Assembly (NCBI GenBank): GCA_963922535.1
Contig: CAWUIN010000002.1
Location: 16,957 to 80,956, forward strand
Direction of reading: 5' to 3'
DNA: 64,000 nt
DNA from: an uncultured Hyphomicrobiaceae bacterium
GTDB taxonomy: Bacteria; Pseudomonadota; Alphaproteobacteria; Rhizobiales; Hyphomicrobiaceae
Part shown: piece by piece, positions 30,563 through 42,163 of the stretch
Layout: each line of letters starts with the position of its first letter
Position numbering within the stretch: the stretch's first letter is position 1
Notes under the pieces: generated by a model
Told to the model about the DNA's origin: nothing
The model's database searches: none
Seen by the model: the letters and a program-made list of their open reading frames with translations, nothing else
Position numbers and translations under genes: made by a program

Positions 30563-30678
30563 TGATCAACCCCATCTCGATATAGTATGCTCATATTAAT
30601 TTTTGTTAGGACGTTGACTGTAAGGATATTTTGCAAGGCGGCTGATTAAATACCAAGCCAAATCATGCTTCTTGCCGT

Positions 30679-30705
30679 TGTAAGGCAAAATTTTGTAAGG
30701 CAAAA
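30679..30705. promoter_or_regulatory. tandem direct repeat TGTAAGGCAAAA x2 (15-bp register) upstream of ettA
   Basis: TGTAAGGCAAAA occurs at 30679-30690 and again at 30694-30705. A third TGTAAGGA is at 30619-30626. The repeat lies about 130 nt upstream of the ettA ATG. Confidence 0.35.
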
Positions 30706-30831
30706 CTTCAAGAATTTTGCGGATGTCAGATCAAGGCATTGAGCTGACATGACACTTTAGTTACAAGTTACACCAATCATCAACAATTGAACCGCTCTTA
30801 AAGGGCGGCGCTGGAGCGGAGCACGCAGGCA

Positions 30832-32483
<1,652 letters not shown>

Positions 32484-32487
<4 letters not shown>

Positions 32488-33653
32488 CGATCCGTATCGC
32501 TAGTCGGCCTGCGTCTGTATTGACCGTCGTTCCACTCGTATAATATGTAAGGCGGCAAATTGGGATCGCCTTTTTTATTAAATTTAAATTTTCCCAGAAC
32601 AGTTGAGAATTCCATCTGATTAAGCTTTTGAATGACTTTATTAGGCTCTGTTGACTGGGCAGCTTCAACGGCCTGAGCCCAAGCCTGAATAGCTGCATAA
32701 GTGTAGAGAACATAGCCTTCCGGCTCTATCTTCCTTGAGCGGAACTCTCTAATAATTTTCTGCGCGTGCGGATTTTTGCGCGGCTCAGGAGAGAAGGTCA
32801 TGAGAGAGCCTTCTCCGGCTTTGCCGGTCATTTGCCAGTATTTTTGAGTGACGAGTGCATCGCCGGAAATCAGCTGGGTTTGCATGCCCTGTTCACGCAT
32901 CTGGCGCACGATCAAGCCGGCTTCGGTGTAAGAGCCGCCAACGTAGGCGGCATCAATGCCGGCTTTTTTCATCTTGGATACCAGTGCGGTATAATCCTTT
33001 TTTCCGGCAGTATAAGCCGCATACATGGCTTCCTTCTGGCCTGCCGCATTCATGAATTTCCGCGTTTCATCGGCAAGGCCTTTGCCGTAGACGCTGTTAT
33101 CGTGCAGAATAGCAATATTCTTGCCTGCATATTCTTTGGCGATATATTCACCTGCCGCATTGCCCTGCTGGTCATCGCGTCTCGAGACGCGGAATACGTT
33201 CGGCCCGGCGCGCTCATCGGTCAGCCTCGGGTTGGTGGAGGCCGGAGAGATCTGGATAATATTTTCTTCAGCGTAAACATTGGCTGCCGGGATTGAAGAG
33301 CCGGAGCAGAAATGGCCTGCGACAAATATAACTTCAGCGGCAGCCAGTTCACCAGCGACAGCAACAGCCTGCCTCGGATCGCAGGCATCGTCGCCAATGA
33401 AAAGCATAAGCTGTTTACCGAGAACGCCGCCTGCAGCGTTAATGTCTGAAATAGCCTTATAAGCACCTGCCTTCAATTGGGTGCCGAAATGTGCATACTG
33501 GCCAGTCATCGGACCAGCAGTGGCAATTTTGATTTTGGCTGCAGGAGTTGAATGATAAAGATACACCACACCGCTAATCAAGGCGAGCGCCACACCCAGG
33601 ACGAATGCCAAAAATATGGTGCGAGCATCGTTTGCCATGGGCGGCGCAGTCAT
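32484..33653 (-). CDS. branched-chain amino-acid ABC transporter substrate-binding protein (LivJ/K-like)
   Basis: N-terminal anchor or signal followed by a type-I periplasmic binding fold (..IKIATAGPMTGQYA.FG.Q...G...A..DINAAGGVLG..). No cognate permease or ATPase genes are adjacent. Confidence 0.85.
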
Positions 33654-33856
33654 TGCAAACTCCTGCTCGTAAGCGTGCCACGTTGTGTCCGCTCTATTTT
33701 AATAAGCTGTAGCAATGACACGCGCGCGTCCTTAACGTTTTGAGTAACATGGGAGAAATTTCGATATACAAACTAGGATAGCTTGTAAAATGCCTTGCAT
33801 TAGAGGTGCAATACGGAAAAACCACGCAACGCATAAGATTGGTGGTAATTCCGATA

Positions 33857-33911
33857 GGCCGTGTCGTCAATTGCCGCGCGAAGCCGGCGGAGGCGAATTT
33901 CCAACTGAAGG
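33857..33911. repeat. PAL-B repeat, one-armed copy
   Basis: GGCCGTGTCGTCAAT + TGCCGCGCGAAGCCGGCGGAGGCGAATTTCCAACTG. The arm matches 47946-47961 (reverse complement) and 14363-14376. The core and tail match 20160-20198 (reverse complement). The second arm is missing. Confidence 0.55.
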
Positions 33912-34013
33912 CATGCCGTAGTGCTGCGCACCAATCGTTTTGCCTTGTCAGGTCGTGATTAGTTCTTAGTTTGTCGTGCGGGCCATTTTGGTTGCTTCAA
34001 TGCACCATGATAT

Positions 34014-34256
34014 TTAAAGTACGTTATGTGATCCATCGCAGTAAGGGTGCTCATCGGTCTGTTTGCAGCCGCACAAATTATATGTGCCGGATTCTTCGGC
34101 CGTAAAGCTTATCGGCTCGATTCCTGTGTCTTTGTGTGAGCCATCGCAGAATGGCTGGCGTTTGGATTTACCGCAGGCGCACCAAAAATACGTACGGCCT
34201 GCATCCAGTTCAACCTGATATGGTCCATGTTGCGCACTGACGGGTTCTTCTTTCAT
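34014..34256 (-). CDS. CDGSH iron-sulfur domain protein (two CDGSH motifs)
   Basis: 80 aa with CACGKSKRQPFCDGSH and CGCKQTDEHPYCDGSH. Confidence 0.9.
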   Translation of the reverse strand: MKEEPVSAQHGPYQVELDAGRTYFWCACGKSKRQPFCDGSHKDTGIEPISFTAEESGTYNLCGCKQTDEHPYCDGSHNVL

Positions 34257-34635
34257 GTCTCAAACTCCAGCAAGTGACGGATGTGTCCGATCTAATAAAC
34301 TGTTGCTTCATTTATAAACAACGCGATACGGGCGATGTCAAAGTTCGTCGTATATTGAGACTTATAATTTTTGCCGGTTGTTCGCAAATCATGAGTTTTG
34401 TCATATTTTACTGCGTTCTCTTGATCGTCTGTTCCATCGAATGCATTATATTATCTGTAAGCAAAGGCTTTATTAGTTGCCTTTATGTCGGACTATTTGA
34501 AGTTTTGCTTGCCCGTTTTGGCATGGGCCATAAAATTGCTTGGTCAGCAGCTCTTATTTAATGCAAACTGACATGGCCTAAAATTCTGGCAGATGCATTG
34601 ATAGAATGGTGCGCATTGGTGCGTGGAAGGATACG

Positions 34636-37125
34636 ATGATGGACGCAGCGATATTTCTGATGATTACTGTTGCAGCCTTGTTCGCGCTGGCCATGATGCA
34701 GGTGCGGCTTATTGTGTGGGCAATCGTATCGGCGATATTGGTCGCTGCCTGGCAAAGCGGCCTGTTCCAAGGCACATTGAGGGAGCCTGAGCTTGGGTTC
34801 TGGATCGTTGTTGGCTGGCTGCCGGTCGTAATTTTGCTGATTTTAAGCATACCGCCGATTCGCATGGGCATCCTGACCGGGCCAGCCTATGCAGTCCTGC
34901 GTAAAATCCTTCCCAAAGTTTCCGATACCGAACAACAAGCACTTCAGGCAGGGACGATTGGCTTTGACGCAGAGCTTTTTTCTGGCCGTCCGAATTGGGA
35001 CAGGTTGCGCGCCATTGCACCGATCACCCTGACGGATGAGGAGCGCGCGTTTCTGGATGGGCCGACGGAAGAACTCTGCCGCATGATAGACGACTGGCAA
35101 ATTCGCCATAACGAAAGAGAGATTTCTGAACCGATTTGGGATTTTATCAAAAAGCACGGTTTTCTGGGCATGCTGATTTCCAAGGAGCATGGCGGCCTTG
35201 GTTTTTCGGCACAGGCGCAATCGCTTATTCTTGGTAAGATTTCATCGCGCTCTCCCGATGTCGTGACCATCGTCATGGTGCCGAATTCGCTTGGTCCTGG
35301 TGAATTAATCGAAAAGTACGGTACGCCGGAGCAAAAGGATTACTATCTGGGCCGACTTGCATCCGGTGATGAAATTCCCTGCTTCTCGCTCACTGGCCCG
35401 ACATCGGGCTCAGATGCCGCGACAATGCGTGATATCGGGGTTGTCGAACTGGGTCAGCATAATGGTGCCGAAACGCTTGGTGTTCGTCTGTCATGGGAAA
35501 AACGCTACATAACCTTGGGGCCGAAGGCAACATTGGTAGGACTGGCGTTTCAACTTTTCGACCCGGAGGGCCATCTTGGCAAAGGCGAGCATCCTGGCAT
35601 TACATTGGCCATTATCCCGGCCGATCACCCTGGCGTGAATATTGGCTGGCGGCATCTGCCGTGCGGCGCCGCATTTCCCAACGGCCCGAACTGGGGGCGT
35701 GACGTTTTCATTCCGATTGATTGGATTATTGGTGGCGCACAGATGGCCGGGCAGGGCTGGCGTATGCTGATGGAGTGCCTGTCGGCTGGCCGTGCTGTCT
35801 CGCTGCCGTCGTCATCTGCAGCCGGTGTTAAAATGATGCTGCGTGTGGGGACCGCATACGGGCGCATTCGCAAGCAGTTTGGCTTGCCTATCGCGCGTAT
35901 GGAGGGGCTGGAGGAGCCCCTGGCGCGCATAATCGAACACGCTTACGCCCTCGAAGCTGCGCGTTCCGTCACGTGTTCCATGATAGATGCCGGTGAAAAA
36001 CCATCCGTGATTTCGGCCATTATGAAATACCAGTCGACGGGGCGGCTACGCCAGGCGGTCAACGATGCTATGGATTTGCACGGCGGTCGGGCAATCTGCG
36101 ACGGGCCGACCAACTATCTGCAATCGGCTTATCAGATGGTACCGGTTGGCATTACGGTTGAAGGCGCCAATATCCTGACACGTTCTCTTATCACGTTCAC
36201 TCAGGGAGCTTTGCGATCACATCGTTATTTGTTCAGAGAAATCCAGGCTGCGCAATCTGACGATACCCGCAAGGGATTGGCCGAGTTCGACAAGGCGTTC
36301 TGCGGCCATGCAGGTTTTGCCGTCTCCAACGTATTCGGGGCGCTTTTCCATAACCTGACCGGCGGTTTATTTGGCCGTCTTCCATCGACAGCAGTGGGTA
36401 CGGCGTTATGGTACCGGCAGCTGTCGCGTTCAAGCCGCAACTTTGCGTTGGTTGCCGATCTGACCGTCAGCCTGCTCGGCGGTCGTCTTAAAATCAAGCA
36501 GAAATTAACTGGTCGACTGTCGGATGCGCTGTCGGAACTTTATTTTTCAGCCTGCGCCCTTAAACGTTTCGAAGACGATGGCTGCCCGCAGGATGATCGT
36601 GCAGTCGTTGAACTGGTGGTACGCAACGGTCTTTATCGTGCTGGGCAGGCGCTGCACGATACCATCGATAATTTCCCCATTGCTCCTGCGCGCATTCTTA
36701 TGCGCTGGCTGGTCTTTCCGTTTGGTTCCCACTATAAACCGGCAGCAGATAATGTCGGCCATATTGTTGTACGCAAGGCGTTGGAGCCCGGTGAGTTCCG
36801 TGATCGCCTGACCCGGGAAATTTTTGTCTCTCAAGATTCCAGCGATCCAACAGGCATATTGGAAGTGACTATGGCAAAGGTGATTGCAGCAGAAGAAGCT
36901 GAACGCAAGCTGGAGCGTGCGATCCGGGCTGGAACTCTGCGCCGTTTTCATGGCCTTGACTGGATTAGTGAAGCAGTAGCAAAAAATGTGCTAAGCGAGG
37001 ATGAAGCGGCGTGTTTACGCGAGGCTGATGAATTGACAGCGCGTGTTATTGCTGTCGATCACTTTGATCCAGCTGAAGTCAAGCCGAATTACACCATTAT
37101 GGGCCATAACTCGCGCAATCTTTGA
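34636..37125 (+). CDS. fadE: large FadE-type acyl-CoA dehydrogenase
   Basis: Collinear with E. coli FadE as I recall it: N-terminal membrane segment, ..LTDEERAFLDGPTEELCRM.., ..VPNSLGPGELI.KYGT.EQKD.YL.RLA.G.EIPCF.LT.P..GSDA.., and a C-terminal DUF1974-like region. The start is the ATGATG at 34636. Confidence 0.9.
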   Translation: MMDAAIFLMITVAALFALAMMQVRLIVWAIVSAILVAAWQSGLFQGTLREPELGFWIVVGWLPVVILLILSIPPIRMGILTGPAYAVLRKILPKVSDTEQQALQAGTIGFDAELFSGRPNWDRLRAIAPITLTDEERAFLDGPTEELCRMIDDWQIRHNEREISEPIWDFIKKHGFLGMLISKEHGGLGFSAQAQSLILGKISSRSPDVVTIVMVPNSLGPGELIEKYGTPEQKDYYLGRLASGDEIPCFSLTGPTSGSDAATMRDIGVVELGQHNGAETLGVRLSWEKRYITLGPKATLVGLAFQLFDPEGHLGKGEHPGITLAIIPADHPGVNIGWRHLPCGAAFPNGPNWGRDVFIPIDWIIGGAQMAGQGWRMLMECLSAGRAVSLPSSSAAGVKMMLRVGTAYGRIRKQFGLPIARMEGLEEPLARIIEHAYALEAARSVTCSMIDAGEKPSVISAIMKYQSTGRLRQAVNDAMDLHGGRAICDGPTNYLQSAYQMVPVGITVEGANILTRSLITFTQGALRSHRYLFREIQAAQSDDTRKGLAEFDKAFCGHAGFAVSNVFGALFHNLTGGLFGRLPSTAVGTALWYRQLSRSSRNFALVADLTVSLLGGRLKIKQKLTGRLSDALSELYFSACALKRFEDDGCPQDDRAVVELVVRNGLYRAGQALHDTIDNFPIAPARILMRWLVFPFGSHYKPAADNVGHIVVRKALEPGEFRDRLTREIFVSQDSSDPTGILEVTMAKVIAAEEAERKLERAIRAGTLRRFHGLDWISEAVAKNVLSEDEAACLREADELTARVIAVDHFDPAEVKPNYTIMGHNSRNL

Positions 37126-37207
37126 GAGGGCTGCCGAGTAGGCTCAACGGTCTTTTAGACCAACACTAAAACGAGATATGGCCGCATAAGGCCCGACGGA
37201 GAACACT

Positions 37208-39193
37208 ATGACTGAAGCACCGCTTGATCTTAAAGACTGGCGCTTTACCATTGATTTTGAAGATATTGCCTGGGCGGTGTTCGACCGTGAGGGGGAAAGC
37301 GCGAACTCGCTTGGCCGCCGGCCTGTCGAAGAGTTTGGAGAGATCGTGCAGTGGATTGAAGCGCATGGCTCTGAGCGCGGGGTGCGTGGTCTTGGCATTC
37401 TGTCGGGCAAATCACGTAATTTCATCGTCGGCGCGGATATCCGCGAATTCAAAGATCTTGACAATGAAGAAAAGGTGTTCGAGGCCCTCAATCCGGTGCT
37501 TGACATATTGGACCGGCTTGAAGCGCTTGAGATGCCCATCGTCTGCGGTATTCACGGGCCATGCCTTGGTGGCGGGTTGGAACTTGCACTCGCCTGTGAT
37601 TATCGCATCGCAACGCGGCTTGAAGCAACCCGCATTGGCTTTCCCGAAGTAAAGCTTGGCATTTTTCCAGGCTTCAATGGAACCGCGCGTGCCATCCGGC
37701 AGGCTGGCCCTGTGGCCGCCATGCAGAGTATGCTGACCGGCTCAATGCTGCGTGCGAGTGTTGGGCGTCGCCTTGGCTACATCGATGAGCTCGTCGATAG
37801 CCCTGTACAGTTACGCTGGAACGTGCGCAGGGCAATTTTGCGAAACCGCAAATCGCGGCCGGCCGGCATCGGCAAGGCGATAATGGGCAAGTGGCCGATG
37901 CGCGGCTTTGTCGCCAGCAAGATGCTGAAAGAGACCAGGAAGAAAGTGCGACCGGATCATTATCCGGCCCCATTCAAGCTCATTGAATTGTTCCGTCGGC
38001 ATGGCGGCAGCTTTAAAGCCATCAAGCGCGCAGAAACCCCAGCTTTCGCGCCTCTGATGATCAGCGAGAGTTCACGCAATCTGCGCCGTGTGTTTCATCT
38101 TTCCGAACAACTCAAGGGGCAGGCACCGAAGAACATCGGTTTTAAGCCGCTGCGCGTCCACGTCATTGGTGCCGGCGTTATGGGCGCCGATATTGCTGGT
38201 TTTTGTGTTGCGGCAGGCATGCAGGTCTCATTGCAGGATTTGTCGCCGGAGGCTATCGAAAAGGGTATTAAGACGCAGGACAAACTCTTCAAGCGGCGTC
38301 TTAAAACCAAAGCTGAGCGCAACGCAGCCAAGGCCCGCTTGATTGCCGATCCGCATGGGGACCACATAGCCCGCGCTGATGTGGTGATAGAAGCCATCGT
38401 TGAAAGACTTGATGTCAAGCAGAAGCTTTTTGCCGAACTGGAGCCAAAACTCAAACCTGGCGCAGTGCTTGCCACGAACACTTCTTCGATCATGATTGAA
38501 GATATCGCTGCCCCTCTTCAGGATCCGGGCCGCCTGATCGGCATTCACTTCTTCAATCCGGTGGCGCAGATGCCACTTGTCGAAATCATTAAAGGCACAC
38601 AAAGCCGTGATGAAGAGGCGCAGAAAGGTTGTGTCTTTGTCACCGCGATCGGCAAGTTTCCCCTTATCGTGAAAAGTGTGCCGGGTTTCCTCGTCAATCG
38701 TGTGCTTGCCCCTTATCTCTTCGGCGCATTCCAACGTATGGAAGCCGGAGAGAGTATGGAAAAAATCGATGAAGCGGCCAGGGCTTTCGGCATGCCGATG
38801 GGGCCGATTGAACTTGCAGACACCGTCGGCCTTGACGTTTGCGCCCACGTTGGTGAAGTCCTGAAGGGCGGCATTGAAGGTTCGAAATTGGCCGATCTTG
38901 TCGCCAGGGGCAAGCTGGGCAAGAAAACGGGCGAGGGCTTTTACAAATGGAAGGACGGCAGGCCGGTCGCTGGCGATGTTTCAGCACCACAGTCTGCCTT
39001 GGCGGAACTTGGCGTCGAACTGGTGCAGCCTCTGATTGATGAATGCATTAAGTGCCGTGATGAAGGCGTGGTCGCCTCCGGCGAACTTGTCGATGCAGGG
39101 GTTATTTTCGGTACCGGCTTTGCGCCGTTCCGCGGCGGACCGCTGAACTATTACGGATCTTTAGATGTAAAAAACACCGCCGAAGCAGCTTGA
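37208..39193 (+). CDS. fatty-acid oxidation complex alpha subunit (enoyl-CoA hydratase + 3-hydroxyacyl-CoA dehydrogenase; FadJ/FadB-type)
   Basis: N-terminal crotonase fold (..GPCLGGGLELALACDYRIA..), followed by NAD-binding (VHVIGAGVMGADIA) and 3HCDH C-terminal domains. Confidence 0.85.
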   Translation: MTEAPLDLKDWRFTIDFEDIAWAVFDREGESANSLGRRPVEEFGEIVQWIEAHGSERGVRGLGILSGKSRNFIVGADIREFKDLDNEEKVFEALNPVLDILDRLEALEMPIVCGIHGPCLGGGLELALACDYRIATRLEATRIGFPEVKLGIFPGFNGTARAIRQAGPVAAMQSMLTGSMLRASVGRRLGYIDELVDSPVQLRWNVRRAILRNRKSRPAGIGKAIMGKWPMRGFVASKMLKETRKKVRPDHYPAPFKLIELFRRHGGSFKAIKRAETPAFAPLMISESSRNLRRVFHLSEQLKGQAPKNIGFKPLRVHVIGAGVMGADIAGFCVAAGMQVSLQDLSPEAIEKGIKTQDKLFKRRLKTKAERNAAKARLIADPHGDHIARADVVIEAIVERLDVKQKLFAELEPKLKPGAVLATNTSSIMIEDIAAPLQDPGRLIGIHFFNPVAQMPLVEIIKGTQSRDEEAQKGCVFVTAIGKFPLIVKSVPGFLVNRVLAPYLFGAFQRMEAGESMEKIDEAARAFGMPMGPIELADTVGLDVCAHVGEVLKGGIEGSKLADLVARGKLGKKTGEGFYKWKDGRPVAGDVSAPQSALAELGVELVQPLIDECIKCRDEGVVASGELVDAGVIFGTGFAPFRGGPLNYYGSLDVKNTAEAA

Positions 39194-39211
39194 AACCTCA
39201 GAGGTTGACCA

Positions 39212-40507
39212 ATGAACCAGACAACACGACGCGTGGCCATCCTTGGTGGCGTCAGAATTCCATTCTGCAGATCAAACACGCTTTACGCGGATCTTTCGAA
39301 CCTCGACATGCTGATAACGACGCTGCAGGGCCTGAGCGAAAAATATAAACTCAAAGGCATCCATATCGACGAGGTAGTCGGCGGTGCGATACTCACGCAC
39401 TCCAAAGACTGGAATCTGGCGCGTGAGGCGGTGATTGGTACGGACCTGTCACCGTCCACGCCCGGCACCACGATGATGCAGGCATGTGGAACATCGCTGC
39501 AGGCGGCCATGGGCATCGCCGGCAAAATTGCGCTTGGTGAAATCGAGTGCGGGATTGCGATGGGCTCCGACACCACATCCGATGCGCCAATCGTATTTTC
39601 CAGAAAATTCTCTAAACGCCTGACGGATATGGCACAGCGCAAGGGCACCTGGGCTAAACTGGGTGCCTTCAAGGGCCTCACCATGCGTGAACTGGCACCG
39701 CAGCCACCATCGGTTGCCGAGCCGCGCACCGGCCTGTCCATGGGCCAGCACTGCGAATTGATGGCGCAAGAATGGAAGATCCCACGCGAGGAGCAGGATC
39801 AGCTGGCGATGGAAAGCCATGCCAAGGCGGCCGCCGCATACCGCGAAGGTTATATGGATGATCTCATCGTGCCATGCGCCGGGGTGTTCCGAGACAATAA
39901 CTTGCGCGAGGACATGGAGCTGGAAAAGCTTGCAACGCTGCGCAACGCTTTTGAACGTTCCGATCGCGGTACGCTGTCGGCCGCCAATTCGACACCGCTG
40001 ACGGATGGCGCAGCCTCTGTGCTATTGGCATCAGAGGAGTGGGCCAATGCGCGTGGTCTGCCGATCCAGGCATATCTGACAAGCTTTCAGACAGCTGCAA
40101 ATAATTTTGTCGCCGGCGATGGCCTGCTCATGGCGCCGACCATCGCTGTTTCCAGGATGCTTGATCGCAACGGCCTCACGCTGCAGGATTTTGATTTTTA
40201 CGAAATTCACGAGGCTTTTGCAGCCCAGGTTCTGTCGACCTTGCGCGCATGGGAGGATGCCGAATATTGCAAAACGCATCTCGGCCGCGATGCACCGATG
40301 GGATCGATTGATCGCTCCAGGATGAACGTTAAAGGCTCGTCGCTTGCAGTCGGCCACCCGTTTGCTGCAACCGGCGCGCGCATTGCCGCCAACCTTGCCA
40401 AGCTGCTCAGCGAAAAAAAGGATGGCCGCGGCCTGATCTCTATCTGTACCGCCGGCGGAATGGGTGTCGCTGCCATTATGGAGGGCACTGAATTTTCTGG
40501 TGCGTAG
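39212..40507 (+). CDS. acetyl-CoA C-acyltransferase (thiolase I, FadI-like length and architecture)
   Basis: Has the active-site Cys region (MMQACGTSLQAA), ..SAANSTPLTDGAA.. and ..GHPFAATGAR..CTAGGMG... An insert before the C-terminal catalytic region resembles FadI. Confidence 0.9.
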   Translation: MNQTTRRVAILGGVRIPFCRSNTLYADLSNLDMLITTLQGLSEKYKLKGIHIDEVVGGAILTHSKDWNLAREAVIGTDLSPSTPGTTMMQACGTSLQAAMGIAGKIALGEIECGIAMGSDTTSDAPIVFSRKFSKRLTDMAQRKGTWAKLGAFKGLTMRELAPQPPSVAEPRTGLSMGQHCELMAQEWKIPREEQDQLAMESHAKAAAAYREGYMDDLIVPCAGVFRDNNLREDMELEKLATLRNAFERSDRGTLSAANSTPLTDGAASVLLASEEWANARGLPIQAYLTSFQTAANNFVAGDGLLMAPTIAVSRMLDRNGLTLQDFDFYEIHEAFAAQVLSTLRAWEDAEYCKTHLGRDAPMGSIDRSRMNVKGSSLAVGHPFAATGARIAANLAKLLSEKKDGRGLISICTAGGMGVAAIMEGTEFSGA

Positions 40508-40678
40508 CTATAGGATTTTTGCTTGAGTTTATGAGTGGGGCTATATCAGCCGCCAGGGCTGTCGCCCAAATCCATGCGCTTGCCAAAGAGCAATTCGCCT
40601 GCATCATTCGCAAGCAGCAATGAACAAATGTCCAATTTGCTGCCTGGCCTCCCATGTATTACAGCACAATGCCGTCAC

Positions 40679-40882
40679 TCAGGCGCCTTTGATGACAAGG
40701 ATCATTGAGAGCATGGATATGGACATTACGATGCCCGCGACGGTGCCCATCCAGGCGACCGGAACGCAGGTTTTTTGCGGGCAGTGCTGCTGAAATTCAA
40801 ACTTGAGATCTTCTATGATTTCGCCTGCCCATGCAGGCAGTTTGACCACATTCTTGGTTGCATACATGATATTTATCCCCAC
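40679..40882 (-). CDS. possible small tail-anchored membrane protein
   Basis: 67-aa ORF whose C-terminal 25 aa are hydrophobic (WMGTVAGIVMSISMLSMILVI). No family was recognised and it is not supported by a clear SD. Confidence 0.3.
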   Translation of the reverse strand: MGINIMYATKNVVKLPAWAGEIIEDLKFEFQQHCPQKTCVPVAWMGTVAGIVMSISMLSMILVIKGA

Positions 40883-41164
40883 TATGCGATTGAAAGGAAA
40901 AAGAATAACTTATGAATCAATACTCTAGAGCCCAAGCGGAAATGAGGCGGAATTGCGAAAGGGCACAGCTATATGAGCCCGCACATTTCATAGGCTTGCG
41001 GCGCCCTTAATCCTGCGGATCTAATTGGTGAGATTTGCGAGGACTACATTCAATTGCACGGCAGTCTTTCCGCTTTGCACGCGTTGGCCTTTGCACATAG
41101 CCAAAAAATATTTTTCTAACCGCCAATTCTTGTGTTTATGCGTCAACGTGCGGGAGTAGAACGG

Positions 41165-41896
41165 ATGCCAATCTACATTGCAGGTGTTGACGGTTGCCCG
41201 GCCGGATGGATTGCGGTGATCCATGAGTTGGATTGTCCTGCGAGCGCCATGCTGAGGCTGTTTACAAATTTCAATAATTTGCTGGAGTATCGCCCGGTAC
41301 TCGCCGCCATTGCTGTCGACATCCCCATTGGCCTGCCGGACCATATTGTCACGGGCGGACGTGCGGCTGACCGGGAAGCGCGGGCAGTCCTCGGTCAGCG
41401 GCAGTCTGCGGTTTTTGCCGTGCCGTCCAGAGCTGCGGTGATGTGCACGGATTACCGGGACGCGTGTGCGATGGCCCTTGCCACCTCCGATCCGCCGCGC
41501 AAAGTCTCGAGGCAGGCGTTCAATATTTTCGCCAAGATCCGCGAAGTCGACGTACTGATGTCGCCTGAATTGCAAGCACGCATTTTTGAAACGCACCCCG
41601 AGGTTGCGTTCTGGGCTCTTAACGGCGAACGACCGTTGGACCTTGCCAAAAAGGTCAAATCGCGTCCCAATCCACCGGGCTTGGATTACCGTCGCGCTTT
41701 ACTGAGACAACAAGGCTATCCTGACAGCGTGCTTTTGTCAGTTGAGTTCCCGAAATCCAAAGTTGGCCCGGACGATATTCTTGACGCCTGCGTTAATGCC
41801 TGGAGCGCTGCGCGCATACGGACAGGCAAGGCGCGGCGATTTCCGTGCGCCCCGGGCATTGACGGCAAAGGCCTGCGCATGGAGATCTGGGGGTAA
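41165..41896 (+). CDS. DUF429 domain protein (predicted RNase H-like fold)
   Basis: Starts MPIYIAGVDGCPAGWIAV.. at the ATG at 41165, with ..AIAVDIPIGLPD.. and ..R.ADREAR..LG.R.S.VF..P.R... This matches my recollection of the DUF429 N-terminal signature. Confidence 0.75.
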   Translation: MPIYIAGVDGCPAGWIAVIHELDCPASAMLRLFTNFNNLLEYRPVLAAIAVDIPIGLPDHIVTGGRAADREARAVLGQRQSAVFAVPSRAAVMCTDYRDACAMALATSDPPRKVSRQAFNIFAKIREVDVLMSPELQARIFETHPEVAFWALNGERPLDLAKKVKSRPNPPGLDYRRALLRQQGYPDSVLLSVEFPKSKVGPDDILDACVNAWSAARIRTGKARRFPCAPGIDGKGLRMEIWG

Positions 41897-41900
41897 CCAC

Positions 41901-42163
41901 TAGTGGTCTGTATCACTTAAAATGTTGGGTTAGGACGTCCAAATTTTATTTCTGCCAAGGCGCGGTGAGTGCAGTGATACGAGTATCATAAGCGAGCCGC
42001 AACACCGGCAGAAACAAAATTTGGGCGCCTTCGGTCACGTCTCCCGGTTTGTGAGGGCGTCGGCCAGACTTTTGCGATGCACCGCATCGCCTGCCTCTGA
42101 CCTCCTGCTCACAAACCGGGAGACGTGATCCTAACCCGACATTTTAAGTGATACAGACCACTA
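41901..42163. mobile_element. MITE with IS630-type insertion signature (TA duplication in CTAG)
   Basis: The TIRs GTGGTCTGTATCACTTAAAATGT(T/C)GGGTTAGGA match at about 36/37 positions. Both ends are flanked by TA within cTAg. Internally there are two long hairpins: an 18-bp stem (CCAAATTTTATTTCTGCC / GGCAGAAACAAAATTTGG) and a 21-bp perfect stem (TCACGTCTCCCGGTTTGTGAG / CTCACAAACCGGGAGACGTGA). The right-end coordinate is +/-1. Confidence 0.75.

Noticed and set aside
34274-34561. A 95-aa plus-strand ORF rich in Cys, Ile and Phe lies in the AT-rich spacer between the CDGSH gene and fadE.
   Set aside because: Its composition simply mirrors AT-rich DNA. It has no SD and a TTG-type start only. The region is more plausibly the divergent promoter and operator region of fadE.
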